64,000 nt of DNA from assembly GCA_016748015.1 (NCBI GenBank), contig JAAOMT010000134.1, positions 1,432,757-1,496,756 of the forward strand, given 5' to 3'. Shown here piece by piece: positions 47,470 through 61,669 of this stretch (position 1 is the first letter of the stretch; each line of letters starts with the position of its first letter). The translations under genes and the position numbers were made by a program. The notes under the pieces were generated by a model, which saw nothing but the letters and a program-made list of their open reading frames with translations, searched no databases and was not told the DNA's origin. Origin of the DNA: Geosiphon pyriformis uo1. Taxonomy: Eukaryota; Fungi; Glomeromycota.

Positions 47470-49927
47470 TTTTTTATTATATTTTACAAGTACAGTCCAA
47501 TTATTATTTAAAAAAATACAATCATACAAAATTCTAAATTAAGTATAATTCATGCTTTTTTTACATGTAATCAGTTATTTAGACCAATTAAAACAGTATT
47601 ATATACTTAAATTACTAAGTACAAAAAAGTCTCACAAAAAACCAAAATACATTTTGAACAAACATAAATATAATTTAAAGCAAATATGTATATCTAAACT
47701 GATACCAAAACTACAAACCAGTTTAAAAAATTATAAAAATAACAAACCAGATAATAATAGAATAAAAAATTCATTTTATATTAAGAGATTATATTTCTTA
47801 TAATATGCTTTTAGCTTAATAACTGGCAATCATATAGTAAATTTGTAATTTTTAGCAAATCTACATACCAATTTGACAATTAATATATTATTATCAAACT
47901 TTTTACTTAACAAATATGTTTTAGCTATTTATTTTTTTAGCATAAAATTTTTATTCAGTAATATAAACAGATAATTAAAAAACTTAATTTTATAAAAAAT
48001 CAAATTATCTTATAATCAACAGTAAACACATCTAATAATTCAATTTATTTTTAAATAGTGTATAAAATCAGTTTTTTTTAACATAATTATTGTGAATACA
48101 AGAAAGTATATGATTAAAATTCTTAATTATCTCATATTAAATACAGGCTATACTAAAATAACTTGGACTATACAACTTTTTTTTCTTAGTTATAGACAAG
48201 CAATAGTGTAAAATCTTCATAAAATAAGATCAAAGTATTATAAATAACAAATTTATAAAGTTAGAACAAACTTAATTATTAAGATATTATATGCTAAAAG
48301 CTTTTTACATATCAAAAAAATTATAAAAGTTTATATTCACAATATTATTAACATATTTAGTTTTTTAGTTTACAAAATTAATAACATCAAATAACTGTTT
48401 AACAAAATAACAAATATTCTTAGAGATAAGTTTGTCTTTAATATTAAAAAAATGACAGAGCATCTAAACAGATAATATAAATACAAATATACTAGTAATA
48501 TTAATAAAAAAATTGGCACATTTGTTACCAATAATACCAAAATAACTCTTAATTTTTTTTAAGCAATTGAAAATTTTTTACAACAATGATATAATAAATA
48601 TGTTCTTTTTCAATTTAGTATTTATTATAAAAATTAAGACCAATATTATTTATATTAAAATTATACATATTTAATAAAGTTTGATTGTTTATAAACAATA
48701 TAATTAAACTAAAGACCAGCATATATTTCAAAGCAAAAATAATAGTTTATAGTTCTATTAAAATTAAAGAAAATAAACCAAGTATTTTAACTCTAATACT
48801 TATATTAATATCTAAAAAGCACACAGTAGCATTTCTATAAACACTTACTAATTCTAAATACTTAACAAATCTATTTAAATAAACATTTATATTATCTAAC
48901 TTAAACTTTAACAAGTAATTACTAATGTAACCAAAATTACAAAAACAGTTAAAAGAAAAAAGACAAAAAGCCAAAATGCTAATATTAATTAAATTACTAT
49001 TTTTAATAAACTTAGTTAATAAACCAAACTAACTAGAAATCAGACCTTTAGGATTCAGTTTTTTCTATTTGTAAAATATGTTCTATATAAAGCATATGTC
49101 ATAATAGTTTAAAAGCTAATTTATAAAATAATACCAAATTTTTTTAAAAACTTTATTATATCTATATAACATTTTATATTTAAAATATCTATAATAACAA
49201 CATTATTGTTATCTTAAAAAATATTAAGTAAAATGTTATTTAATAATAAATTACATAATACAAAAATACATATTATATTTACCAGAAAACAATTTATAGG
49301 ATCTATTAGCAATTTAACTAAAAATTAAAAAGGATGTCGAATTATCTAGCTAATAATCTGCAAATTTATAGTTTTATGTTTGAACAAACTGCCAAAAATA
49401 TTATTTGAATTGGCAAAAACAACCAAACTAGTCATTAAATTTTTAGTTTGTATCTAACCAAATATCTTTAAACTATACAAATCAGAATAAAAGACTGTTT
49501 CATTAAGAAAGTTTTTAGACAAGTTAATCTTAAGTTTCAGTCTCTTTCTTAATATCTTGACTCATTTTTAACATACATTTACTAAAATATAACTAAATTG
49601 TATCCTATATCCAATTATAAATTGGAAAACTACAAATACTAAATACAAAAACTGTTTGTTAAAAACAGTTTTTCTTAAAACCAAATTTGTAAAAAATTTC
49701 ATATTTGAATAAATCTTAATTAAATTCGACTTAAACAAACTATTTGTAAATAAAAAAATATCTAGGTACTTATAAAATTCATTTTTTTTAGCCATTAAAA
49801 TATTTGAGCTACTTATTAAAAAAGAAAAAGCTTTTGTTTTTAATTAATAAGTATAATAACTATTTCATTTATATTAATTAAAATATTATTGATCTGAAAA
49901 AATTTACTGATAATGTTCAAAATATAC
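47470..49927 (-). mobile_element. Strongly eroded LINE 3' half of the same family, tail-to-tail with 40046-46790
   Basis: ORF 49568-49795 (YKYLDIFL..FFTNLVLRK) matches 44311-44598; RNase H remnant at 48747-48974; 3' UTR motif at 47551-47598. Confidence 0.8.
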
Positions 49928-52911
49928 TATTACAGTTGAAACCCATACTTTTTATTAGCTATTATATGTATTAGCCATTGATGTCATATAATTAGCCATC
50001 CTATTTTTAGATAATAATTATTGACCTGATTAATGATCTGATTATTGACTTAATTATTAACCTAATTATTAATCTAATTATTAATCTGATTGTTGACCAT
50101 TTTTAATAGCTATATAAGTGATGAGTTTTTTAACTGTAAAAAGACATAATCAAAATAATAAAATAAAATCTACTATTAATTACTTTCTTTTATATTGCTT
50201 ATTCTCTTTTCCTTATTTTCAAGTATCTAAACATCTTGAAATAAAGAATTATTTGTTGGTATTCACAAATCTTATCTTTTCTCTTTCTTGATTTGTATTA
50301 TTAGAATTAGCCTGAGAAGCAATTGCTTGCTTTTGTGATTTATTGAATAAAAAAATGATTAAAAAGCACAATAATATCTGTTATTAATTTTAAGAATTGC
50401 TAAGTTGAGACATAAAATAATAACAGTAGTATTATCTTGTTAACAATTACAGACTATTTCTCTATCTTCAGATTTCCAGAAAAGATTTGCAATTGTAATT
50501 TTTATAAAACTAATTACACACATTGAATTCTTATTCATTCAATTTACTTCTTTATTGTAATTCTCTCTTTGATTATTTTCATTACTCTATAATCTTGTTT
50601 TTTTTTGCTATCTATTAACTTGTTACTCCAACTCATAACATAAAAGTGGTGCTTTCTGTAAGGTTGTCAAAATTTACTTTGTTTTTTATTGTATGGGTGA
50701 TTATTCATATTTGCCACAATAATTAGAAAAACACTTTAAAGTACACAACAAAAACAATCTAGACTTTATTGAACTTAATTTTTTGCCCTCTTGCTTGATT
50801 TGCTTCTCCATTAAAGAACAATTCAGTAGACAATTCTAAACTTTTGGAACTGGTTCTTGAATAAGCATTCAGCTGAAACCTATACAATTTATACAATCTA
50901 TTACTTTGACCAAGCTTATTTTAAAGACAACTTTAAAGAAAGAAACAACAGTATTAACCAGCTTTTATATTCTACAACCTTTAAACAACAGTCTCCTAAT
51001 TTCAAATATTTGAATTACCAAATCTATATTTGGATTGCTGCCTGCCAGTTAGCTGAAATCTTTTTTGAAACAGAAGAAGAAAGTTATTAAACTGCTCTTG
51101 TTTTTAATCTCTTCTCAAGTAAATCAAAACATTCTATTCAAACAGCTATTCTTAAACCAATGGCTAATAATTTCATGCAACAAAACATTCTGGCCACCCT
51201 CCATGATATACAAACTGCTTTAAGGTGAAGAAATAATACTCCACTATTACTATTTAAAAATAATGTCCAAGACCCAATTAAATGATTAGATAATTTTAAA
51301 AGAACAGTTACTGCAAATTAGTATGATGCAGAATACAAGTTCTAAATTGTTAGTGGCTATTTTTAAGGCTATTCTGCTACTTGGTTTTTACAAAAAACCA
51401 ATGTCAATGTCTAGCAAAGAATTATTAAATAGATACCAGCAAATGCTGAAGAAAACAACATCTCTTTCACCACCTGGTTTAAAAACAAATTTAGAACTTT
51501 CATCTTAATTTTAAAATGGCATATAGAATTAGAAAAAAAAATTCAAAGTCCTGGTAAAGTTGTGATTGAATATATCAAAGTAATCAAAAAACCAATTAAA
51601 TAATTAGACTTTGAAAAAAATTGAACAGAAAAGCAAAAGATTTATTCTTTTACAAAAAGATTAAAAACTGATTTTTTCTATGCTCTTTGGTTCCTTTTGG
51701 CTCTAAAAAATAATTCTACAATGGATATAATAATTAAATTTGCTCAAAGAATAAAAAACAATTAAAAAATGCATTTAAGATTCACACTTTCAGTTTTTGC
51801 TTTTGTTTCTGTTATGACTTTTATTCTACAAATGGTTGCTACTTCTTTTGCTGTCCAAATTCAAGACTCAAATAAACAATTAATAGATAGACTTATAGCA
51901 AATCTAACTTAACTATTAGAATTATTAGCCCAAACAGTTAAAGACAACTAGCAATCACAAATATTCAAATTTGAATTATGTTTTAATCAGCCCTAGCAAC
52001 AATCATATTAAAAACAGCAAAATTGTGGTCCACCTGTGTGCTATCAATATGGATTGACTAGACACTTTTTCAAAAATTGCAACAATTCTCCTCTGCTTTT
52101 TCCAGCTCCTAGAAATAATGATAACCAAAACAACAGAACCAACAACAACAATGCTCTCAATCAAAAATCCAATCATGCCAACATTAATTTCTTTAAAGAG
52201 GGTCTCTTAGTTGAAGCCATTACTTATTAGTCTTTAAACTAGTAGGTGCACTTTCAAAGAATAAGAATACAAGTCAATTAAAAGAAAACCCCTTTTTTGC
52301 TTTTAACTTAACTAATAATCACTATAACATGGATAAACTAGCAATTAATACCTCTGAATCAACAAAAAAAAAAAAAAACCAAGATTGATTTCATTTTAAA
52401 CTTAAATAAAACATCTACATTAATTGCTAATAATAATAAGCCACCAAAGACTAAAGTTTTTAAGAATTTTCCAAAGTTAAAACTCCTAAAAATAATACAA
52501 AAATCTGGTTTCTATTCTATTGTTAAAGATCTTATGAAAACTCCAACTTATATTATCTTTGGCCAATTAATAATCTATTCACAGTTCAGAAAAAATTTCT
52601 GCAAATCTTTAATTTTAAAAAAAAAACACCAAAAACCAATAAGCACTTTTGTCAAACTAAACTCACTAACAATAGTAATATTACCCTTCTAATCTGCAAA
52701 ACACAAGTAGCTGGCTATTTTATTGACTTAATTCTTAACAATAGATTATCTGTTAGTGTTATTGCTAAACATTTTTTGGAGGCTATTAATAAAAAAATTG
52801 ATGAATCCTTAACCAGACCTATAACTAATATGCATAATAACAAAAAAAAAGACTTGGTATTGCCAAAACTGTTCCTGTTTGTATTAATAACATTAGCATT
52901 AAAACTGACAT
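49928..52911 (+). mobile_element. Family-A copy A4, 5' part (5' LTR 49928-50640, PBS, gag, protease), interrupted by the C element
   Basis: Reverse-complement colinear with 5400-8390; slippery TTTAAAC at 52233-52239. Confidence 0.9.
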
Positions 52912-55900
52912 TGTTATGAGAGTGTTTTCTTGGTATATTTTAATTGTTGATCTCCTATTTTAATTGCAATCAGTCTTTCATGAGTTCTTTTATTTTATGT
53001 GTTAGATATTAATGATAATGTACTGAAGGTTTTCTCTTAATGTTGTGATATAAGTCTTTTCTTTAATTCTAATTGTCTTTATATGTTGTATACTTCTTTC
53101 CAGAGATTAATCTGAAATCTATTCACTGTTTGAGGTCTTCTCTGAGACTATCCTTGCAATTGCCTAATGTGTTTCTCTAATCTAGAAACATGGAATGTTA
53201 ATGGCTTTTTTGCAATTTCCCTAAGTATATAATAAAGCTTTTTCAATTTAATTAGTAATTACGTGAATAATCTTGATTAGAGATTATTCTTTCAAAGGAT
53301 TTAGAGATAGAATGATAGTTTCATTTGCTAGAGAGGGTATGTGAATTCTATTGTTAATCTCATAATTGTGATGTTTATTAAATTTTTTTTTTTTTTATTA
53401 ATTCTTTTTGAATAAGATTTTATTTAGATATTTGTTGCTTCTAGTTGAAGCTGTTTTATTTTTCATCATTAAAAACTATTTTATATATATATAATTATTG
53501 TTTTACAAAATAACGTCTTGTAATACTCTATTTCTATTATTTTTAAATAGTGCTTGCTGCTATTGTGAAATAGTGCTTGCTGCTTTTGCATGATAGTGCT
53601 TGCTGCTATTGTATAATAGTGCTTGTTGCTATTATAAAATAGTGCTTGCTGTTATTTGTAAATTATTTCTTTTTATAAATTATTGCTGTGCTATTTCATG
53701 ATTGGCTAATTTATATTATTTATAATTCCTATTAAATTTTTGAACTGTAACATTATTTCCTCCTTTCAAGATTGAGTTTTGTTGAAATCAAAGTTAATTT
53801 CTTCATTGAATTCTAAGTTGTTATAGTAGTCCAATACTGTATTATTAACTTGTTGTTGTAATTCTTGAAATTATGAGTTGGTAAGTCGTTCAATACTATT
53901 GGTTGTTATTATGTTTATGGTTGGATCCAGTAATACTTTGTGACAATTTTCAAATGCTTTGAAAATTCTGTAAACTGCTTTTTAAATTGAATGTACTGTT
54001 GGTTTTTCCAATAAAACTTTCTAATTGTTGAATTGTTGTTTTGTCAAATACTTTAATTGATGGGTGGGTTCATGATTTTTTTATGTGTGTCTTATTCTTA
54101 ACAAACAGTCAGCATTGGCATTTTTGGTACCTTCTTTGTATTTGATAATATAATTGTATGGTGCTAATATTTGTGACCATCTGGCATATTTTTCTTTCAG
54201 CACTTTCTTGTTATTTAACCAGACCAGACTTCTATAATCTGTGGTAATATCAAAGAATTTGTACTGTAAATATGTGTCAAAGTGAATGCAACTTTAGACT
54301 ACTGCTAAGCATTTAAGTTCATGTGCTGCATAGTTTTGCTCTATCATACTGAGACTTCTACTGATATAAGCAATTACATGTTCTTTTCCATTATTATTTT
54401 TTTGTGAAAAAATGACTCCAAGTCCAGTTTTAGAGACATCTGTGGCCAAAATAAATTTCTTGTTGAAATCCAGAATGATCATTATTGGTGATTCAATGAG
54501 CTTTTGCCTAAGATACTCAAAAGCTTTTTGCTGTGTTTTAGTCCATTCAAATTTCACATTTTTGAATAGTAGATAATTAAGAAGTTTGGCAATGTTTGAA
54601 AAGTTTTCTACAAAGTGGCGGTAGTAAAATACAAGTCCTAAAAAGCTTCTAACTTCTAAAATATTTCGATGTACTGGAAAATTTTTCACTTTGTTTATTT
54701 TTGATGGATCTGGTTTTATTCCATCTTTTTCAACTACATGTCCTAGAAATGCTAGCTCATTTTTCCCAAAGAAACATTTTTCTAAATTTAATTTAAGTCC
54801 AGCATGTCTCAATCTTTTAAAAACTTGTTGTAAATGTTGGAGATGATCTACGAATTTTGGTGAAAAAACATTTGTATCATCCAAGTAGACAACAACGAAT
54901 TGCCACAGAATTCCAGAATAAATTACATCTATTAGTCTTTAGAATGTCGTGGAAGTGTTAATCCAAATAGCATTACATTGAATTCATAATTGCCATTTTG
55001 TGTTGTGAATACTGTTTTATGCTTGTCTTTTGGGTCCATTTCTACTTGCCAATATCCACTGGTCAAGTCAAGTGTAGAAAACCATTTTGCTCCTCCAAAA
55101 ATGTTGAAGATTTTGTTAATTAACAGTATTGGGTATAAGACTTTAGTTGTTTTACTGTTTAGTTTGCAATAGTCAATGCAAAATCTAATTTTTCTATTCT
55201 TTTTCCTTATTAAAACAACTGGTGAGGACCATAGGCTCATTGATGATTGAATTATTCTTTTTTCTAACATGTTTTGGACTTCTTCTCTGATAAAATTATG
55301 CTCCATTGGTGAGACATGGTAAGTGCATTGTTTTTCAGGTCTGGCATCCCCAGTGAAAATTTGGTGTTGAACCAAGTTGGTTCTTTCAAATTTGCCATTT
55401 CATGAAAATATATTAGAGTATTTTAAAATTAATGCTTTTAATTGTCACTGTTGGTTTAGATCCATTGTTCCAATGTTTAATTTGGCCAATTTTTCTGGCG
55501 TAAATTGATAGCATTTCAATGGTTGTTGCCAATTTATTGAAGTGAGTTTACAGTAAAGAGCGATTTCTGGGAAATTTAGAATTTCTTGTGGTGTTGACGT
55601 GTTTTCTAGCTTTGTTCCAAGGTATCTCATAATAGTGTTTTCTGGAATGTATATGAGCTCTTTTGTGGTATTCATGATAGAAATTTTTATCCATTGTGTT
55701 TTGTCAGCTGGAATAAAAAGGTTAGTAAGTTCTATGGAAAACTGTTGACAAGTTTCTGGGTGGGACTCAAATATTAGATTTATATCTTTTATTGTCTTTT
55801 TTATTTTAATTTCTGATTTTCCATAAGGTGTGAGCATGATTGACTGCTCATTTCTGATTAATTTATTTTTCTCCTCTGGCATTTCAATAAAATTTGCTTC

Positions 55901-58900
55901 AATTTCTTTTCCTGTTGATCCAAAACCATAAATTCTTCTCATTGTTTGTGTCAATTCCTCTTGATTTTCCACTGGTACAAATTTTTCAACTTTTACTAAT
56001 GATAGGAAAATTGCTTGTGCAATCTTCTCTTTAGATTCAATGGTATAAGATTTTTCTGAATTGTTTTGTAGTAAAATCATCAAATTTTCAGTGTAGCTAA
56101 AGTCAATTACTTTTCTTTAAATACTTATTCCTTTTTTTGCGAGGCTTGATTGTGACACTATTTGAACTATTATTCTTGGTAGAATTTCAACTGCTATTTT
56201 TAGGTTGATTTTGGTGATGCTCCTGAGTGGTAATGTTGTGGATTGGTCTTCTGGATAATGTAGATTGAATTTGGTGTCAGTTGGATGGGCTCTTTTGGGT
56301 ACTATTCCTAAGTGCTTATTGTCATAATACTGGATGCTGATCTTCTGATCTAGATTGGTATAGACTAAAATATTTTCTGACTCAGGACTGTCAGATGAGT
56401 TTTGTTGATTTATTGATTGATTTTGGTACTGCTGATTTTCAATTTCCATTTTTCTTGCCAAGTCTCTTTCATATTGATACTCTTCACAACGCTAACTTTG
56501 GCACAGGATAAAACAGTCTTCGCAAAGATAAGTGTTAATCTGGGTAAGATACTGTTCTTGTTCTTGGCGAGTGGGACACAATTGTTGATAATTTTTCTGG
56601 AATTCATCCACTAGATTGAACATGTTGTAGTTGGCAACTTTGTCGGCTATTTTGGCTAATACTTTTCAATGTTGTATTTCTTTGGTGGTTCCTTCTCTTA
56701 CTTTGGCTTATGTGGTGTTGTATAATTCATCCTTGTCATGTAGGTAGTGCTGCAGTTTTCTTAATGCTCTGTTGAATACAGCTTCAAACAGCATTCCTTT
56801 TCTTACCCAGTCATAGATGAGGATCATGTATTGGCAAGTTGTATTACACGTTCCTCCTCTGCCTGACATGTCAATCCAGTTATACCCTTTTGGCAATGGT
56901 TCTTCACAAGCAAGACACGGTTCTTCATCCCATTTTCCATGTCTTTCTGGATAACCGTATTTTTCTTTGTTATAATGGTTACAATAGTAGTGGATGAGAT
57001 TTCTTGGGTCTTCGTCCAGTGTGTTGTATACAGTCATGGATGAAAGTTTCTTATTGCAAACCAAACATTCTAGTTTTGGTCTGCATTGCTGGCAGTTTCT
57101 TCATGGACTTGTCTGGTTCCATTTAGATCTTTTTTCACTCCTCCAAGTTGGTACGGCCAGTAGTCCTGTTCTTTGGTCATCAGCCCATGAGAGCTGATAA
57201 GTTTTGATGGCTGGTAGGGCTGGATTTTTCTCAAATTCAAAGGTGAGTTTTTGGTTGGTGCTGGGTTTTTGGAAGTGGTCACATGTGGCTGGAATTCTGG
57301 TATGGTGGTCATTATAGCTGATAAGAAGTTCTTAAGTGGTCTAGTCTAGTGTGGTGTTGGCTTTTGTTAGCTAGTCATTCTTTATTAACACTTGATATTG
57401 TGTAGCATCCATTATTAATACTTTTGTAGGTATTATTATGCTGTTAATTTCAAAAAGAAATGAGTCAATTTTGCCATGAGGCAGTTTGGTACTTCTATTG
57501 GCTGTTATAATTTGGAACATCGTGGTGCAATCAACTTTGAAATCCAGTTGGTTTACTAGTTAAAGTGTCACAATGCTTCCAGTGGATCTACTGTCTAAGA
57601 TAAGTTTAATTGGCATGTTGTTTACTTTTGTTTCTGTATACATAGCAGTAATTGGGCATTCCTCATCCAATGCTGTTTTATTAAATATAGCCTCTTTTTT
57701 CTCTAATTCAAAAGGAAAAATAGCTGCAAGACTGCTATCTTCTATAACAATGGCTGGTGGTATTGTTTGGATCAAGTTCTGACTATTGGTGATATTTTTG
57801 GTTCCAGGTACATTACCATTAATATTTCCAAGATTTAAGTTTTCCAATATATTAAGATAAGTTGGCTGGAAATTTGGATAGTTTGGGTAATTTGTATTTG
57901 TTTGCTGATTAGGTCTTACACAGTTTGGGTTTCATTGAACCAACACATTTTGATTCTACATGGGCTGATTTTAGAGCTCGAGACACCAATTTTAGTTGGC
58001 TACCATGGGCTGTTGTTGGTAAGTTCCTTGATTTTGGTACATGGTAGGGTATTGATGTGGTATTGGCATGTATTGATTTCTGAGCATTTGGAGGGGAACG
58101 CATAATAATTATTTTTGCATGCCTTTTGTATCATTCACATTTGACATTGGCCAATCAAATGTCCTATGCATTTGCAAAAATGGCAGGCATGTGTTTCTGT
58201 TCTGAAGTTCTGACACAACAAGTGATTATTTTGGCTGCTACTAAATTCCTGGTTGTGTCTTTGAGGTGGTTGGTATGTATTACTTCTTCCTGGGTCTGAG
58301 GTGAGATAACTTTCTATTTTCTTAAAGAGTTCCTCTCTTAATTGTGTTACTTTCTTTTCTAACATTTCTGTTTTGTTTTCCTCCATTACTATATTAATCA
58401 TTTGACTATAATTAGCTTCTTTCTCAGCCAATTCAAGAGCTTTGGCGAGCATAATGGCTTCTAGTAAGAAATTAGGGTAAGCAGGGCATATTCTTTCTAA
58501 AATACTGCATTTTAATTCTTTAATAAATTGATTTAAAACCTGAGGATTGGTATAGTATCCTTGCTCAATTGCTTCAATCTAATGACGAATTCAATTGAAT
58601 TAAACAAGGTATTGGGTAACAGTTTCACTTGTACCTTGCTTGATAGTATTGAATTCATTCTGCAGTTAGATTATGGCTAAAATACTCCAAGAGTGCATCT
58701 TTGAATTTGGCAAAGGTCATGGATTTTGTTTCCAAGCTTTGATACCATAAGTCAGTAGTGTCTTTTAAAAAGAAAAATAATGTTTGAATTGCTCTTTGAT
58801 TATTCCAGTTATTTGCCTAGATGGTTTTTTGTGCTTCTCTGAGCCATGTGTACACATCTGTTTCTTTTTCTTCTTCTGAGAAATCTGTTAATTGCATGAT

Positions 58901-59260
58901 GTATGGTGTGGCCATTTTGTTGTTGTTTTCTGCTGGTGAGTTTATTGGTCTAAGAGGAGGTGAGATGATATTTCCTTGAGCGTCCCTAAAAGTGGCTTCA
59001 CTTATATCTGGTTTTTCCTCTTGATCATGAGTTTTTTGGTTTCTGGACTGGCTGCTTGTTTTAGTGACTGGTTTTGTGCTTGTTTTTTCACTGGTTTTTT
59101 TAGATTCCAATTCAGACTCCTCTTTGCAGTTTTCAAATTCCACTCCGAATTTTGGTTGAAAAAGAGGTTTTTGGAATAGTAATGAATATCTTCCTGTAAT
59201 TGGTATATTTTCTCAATTGCATTGTTTGAGCTTCTCAGTGTAATTAGGAGTTCTCGGCAT
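52912..59260 (-). mobile_element. Family-C LTR retrotransposon (dUTPase-bearing, integrase deleted), interrupted in gag by a B element
   Basis: 3' LTR 52912-53752, PPT GAAAGGAGGAAATAA, ORF4 tail, RT-RH 54081-55400 (YLDD), dUTPase ~55900-56330, Cys-rich 56400-57100, protease LILDS 57300-57850, gag with CHFCKCIGHLIGQC. Confidence 0.9.
53546..53660. repeat. ~23-bp tandem array (ATAGTGCTTGCTGCTATTGT..) in family-C U3
   Basis: About five units; related units at 16240-16325. Confidence 0.85.
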
Positions 59261-59329
59261 TGTTACTCATAAAAAAAGAAAACAGATATAGAAAATAGCA
59301 GACCAATAAGAGAATAGTATTTAACACAT

Positions 59330-59520
59330 GAGCACATTGCTTAGCAATGTGAAGCAATGTCAAAAATCATGGCACATTGCTCAGCAATGTAGAGCAATGT
59401 TAGAAAACACAGCACATTGCTCAGCAATGTAGAGCAATGTTAGAAAATTAGAGCACATTGCTCAACAATGTGAGCATTGCTCAAGAAATTATAGCACATT
59501 GCTCAGAAATGTAAGCAATC
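59330..59520. repeat. ~40-bp tandem array of the palindrome ACATTGCTCAGCAATGT in type-D U3
   Basis: Visible directly; shorter versions at 11365-11415 and 17735-17830. Confidence 0.9.
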
Positions 59521-61669
59521 TCATAGAACATCAATTATATATATATAATGGTAGCATTAGAAGTAGAAAAAAAAAATCCTTAGTTGAAAGACCTCTCTGT
59601 TTAGATTTTATCTAAAGCAACTTTCCAAATCACAAATATCAATAAATAATTATTTATTATCTTAATCCACTCTCTACTATCAACATGAAGTGTTGATAGT
59701 AATTGATACTTAACCATACTAGAACAATAGCTCTTGATCACAGCTATTAACAGGATACTAACTTGCAATTGCTTTTGTTATTTTCTTTATTTTTTTTTAT
59801 TTTCTTTTATTTCTTTTGTTATTTCTTTGGTGTTATTAAAAATGATTAAGGATTAAGTGCTGAGATACAGACATCATAGGGACTGGTAAAAGACCTGTGA
59901 AACAAGAGTAGAACACTCATAGATTTGAAGATAGCTTACCAGGAGAATTACCAGCCACCACGCTAAGAAAGAAATTTGACAAAACTGCAGTTTTGGAAAG
60001 CTATGGATAAAACCATCAATTAAAATCTCTGTCTATTATACAAAGGACTCAACTCTAAAAACCTTCAGATATAATCAACATACCAGTGTCACCAGCCTTG
60101 TCAAGATATTGAGCACCAAGTTATGGATTTGTTATTTGATTTGAGACCCCAAATAATTATCTGTAATATTTGGTGCTTTTTGTAAAATATAATCTTACAG
60201 AAAACCAACATCAACAACTAATCAACAGTGGCAGAATCAGAAAGTATAGGAGCAAACCATTTAGGATTTGTGAAATCCTTATTTCAACACTATTGTCAAC
60301 ACTTGGGATTAAATCACAATCAAATATTAGCAGAATCAGCCTTCAATTTCTATGTCAACGAGAGAATTGCCTATTTGTTAGAGACACCAGTAAACACTGA
60401 ATCAGTGAGAGAAACTTTCTATCATGAATTAATACAAAACACCAGTTTACCAACAAATCATAATTTTGCATCCATTATTACCAAGATTAACAAAGAAATT
60501 GAACATCACACACATAAAAGATATCCAATCATCTACTCAAGTAAAGGCAAAGAAAAACTACAAACATCAGCAGTAACATCTCAATAGATTCAACCACCCA
60601 CTTGGAAGAAACACAGAGTTGAATCACCCACAAATTTATTATATCATTATACTCTGGAAAGTGCCATCTATATCACATCACCAAATGCATCTACATTAAA
60701 TGTGACACTAACATTTAGATGATTCACATTTCAAAGTAAACAAAGGAAAACAGAACTACTAGAACCATATGGTGAATATTTTAAAGGATTTAAATTGTGA
60801 TTGCCAACACCATTAGGAATCTGATCACTACTACCTCCACCAGATTTTGGAATAGCCAATCTGTGGAAACCAACCAAATTGGAAAAAGAACAAAAAGAAG
60901 AAGAGGAAAAAGAATCTGAAGATCAAAAATTCACTTACCAGAACCCAATTACTAAAAATCCAGATATTGAAACCCTGAAATTTCAGGCTCAGCAAGATCA
61001 AAATCTAAAAAATCCGGAAATTAAAACTCTGAATATTCAGACACCATTAATTCAGGATAATCAAAACCCCGAAACAATCAATCAGCAAAACTTACCTCCA
61101 GAAATTGTCATCAATCAGCCACCAATTGAACCAATTATTGAACTGATTCAACAGCAGTCACTCTAGCAACCAATTCAATATCCACAACAATCAATTCAAC
61201 AGTTATCAGTACTATCTCTATAGCAACAACAACAACCCATGGTGTTTGCACCAATTGTGAAACTTGAGAAGTTCACCAGCAAAGAGAACAACACCCAGGC
61301 ATAGATCAATAATGTTGCCAAAGCAATTATGGTGAATAACTGGGATGATCAAAGAGCCCTCCAAGCAATCACATACTTTCTTTAGGATACCACTGATTCC
61401 TATTATCAAAGTTTAGCAGCCAGACTACAAACCTTTCAGGAATTCAAACTGGAGTTCTTGAGATATTTCAGTAATAATAATAGTATCAATCACTTGGCCA
61501 ACACTTTTATTACTATCAAACAAGGGAAAACTAAAGCAGTCACCACTTACCTGGGATGATTTTATAGAAGTTTGCAACAGATCCAAGCAATCAATACTAA
61601 CTATTTTACAGTGCCACAAATTCTCAACCAATTTATCCATGGTCTGTACAGTAGCATCTTGCAGCATGT

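Noticed and set aside
59330-59520. Palindromic repeats with short spacers resembling a CRISPR array
   Set aside because: The spacers are themselves repeated, the array lies inside an LTR U3, there are no cas genes, and the context is eukaryotic
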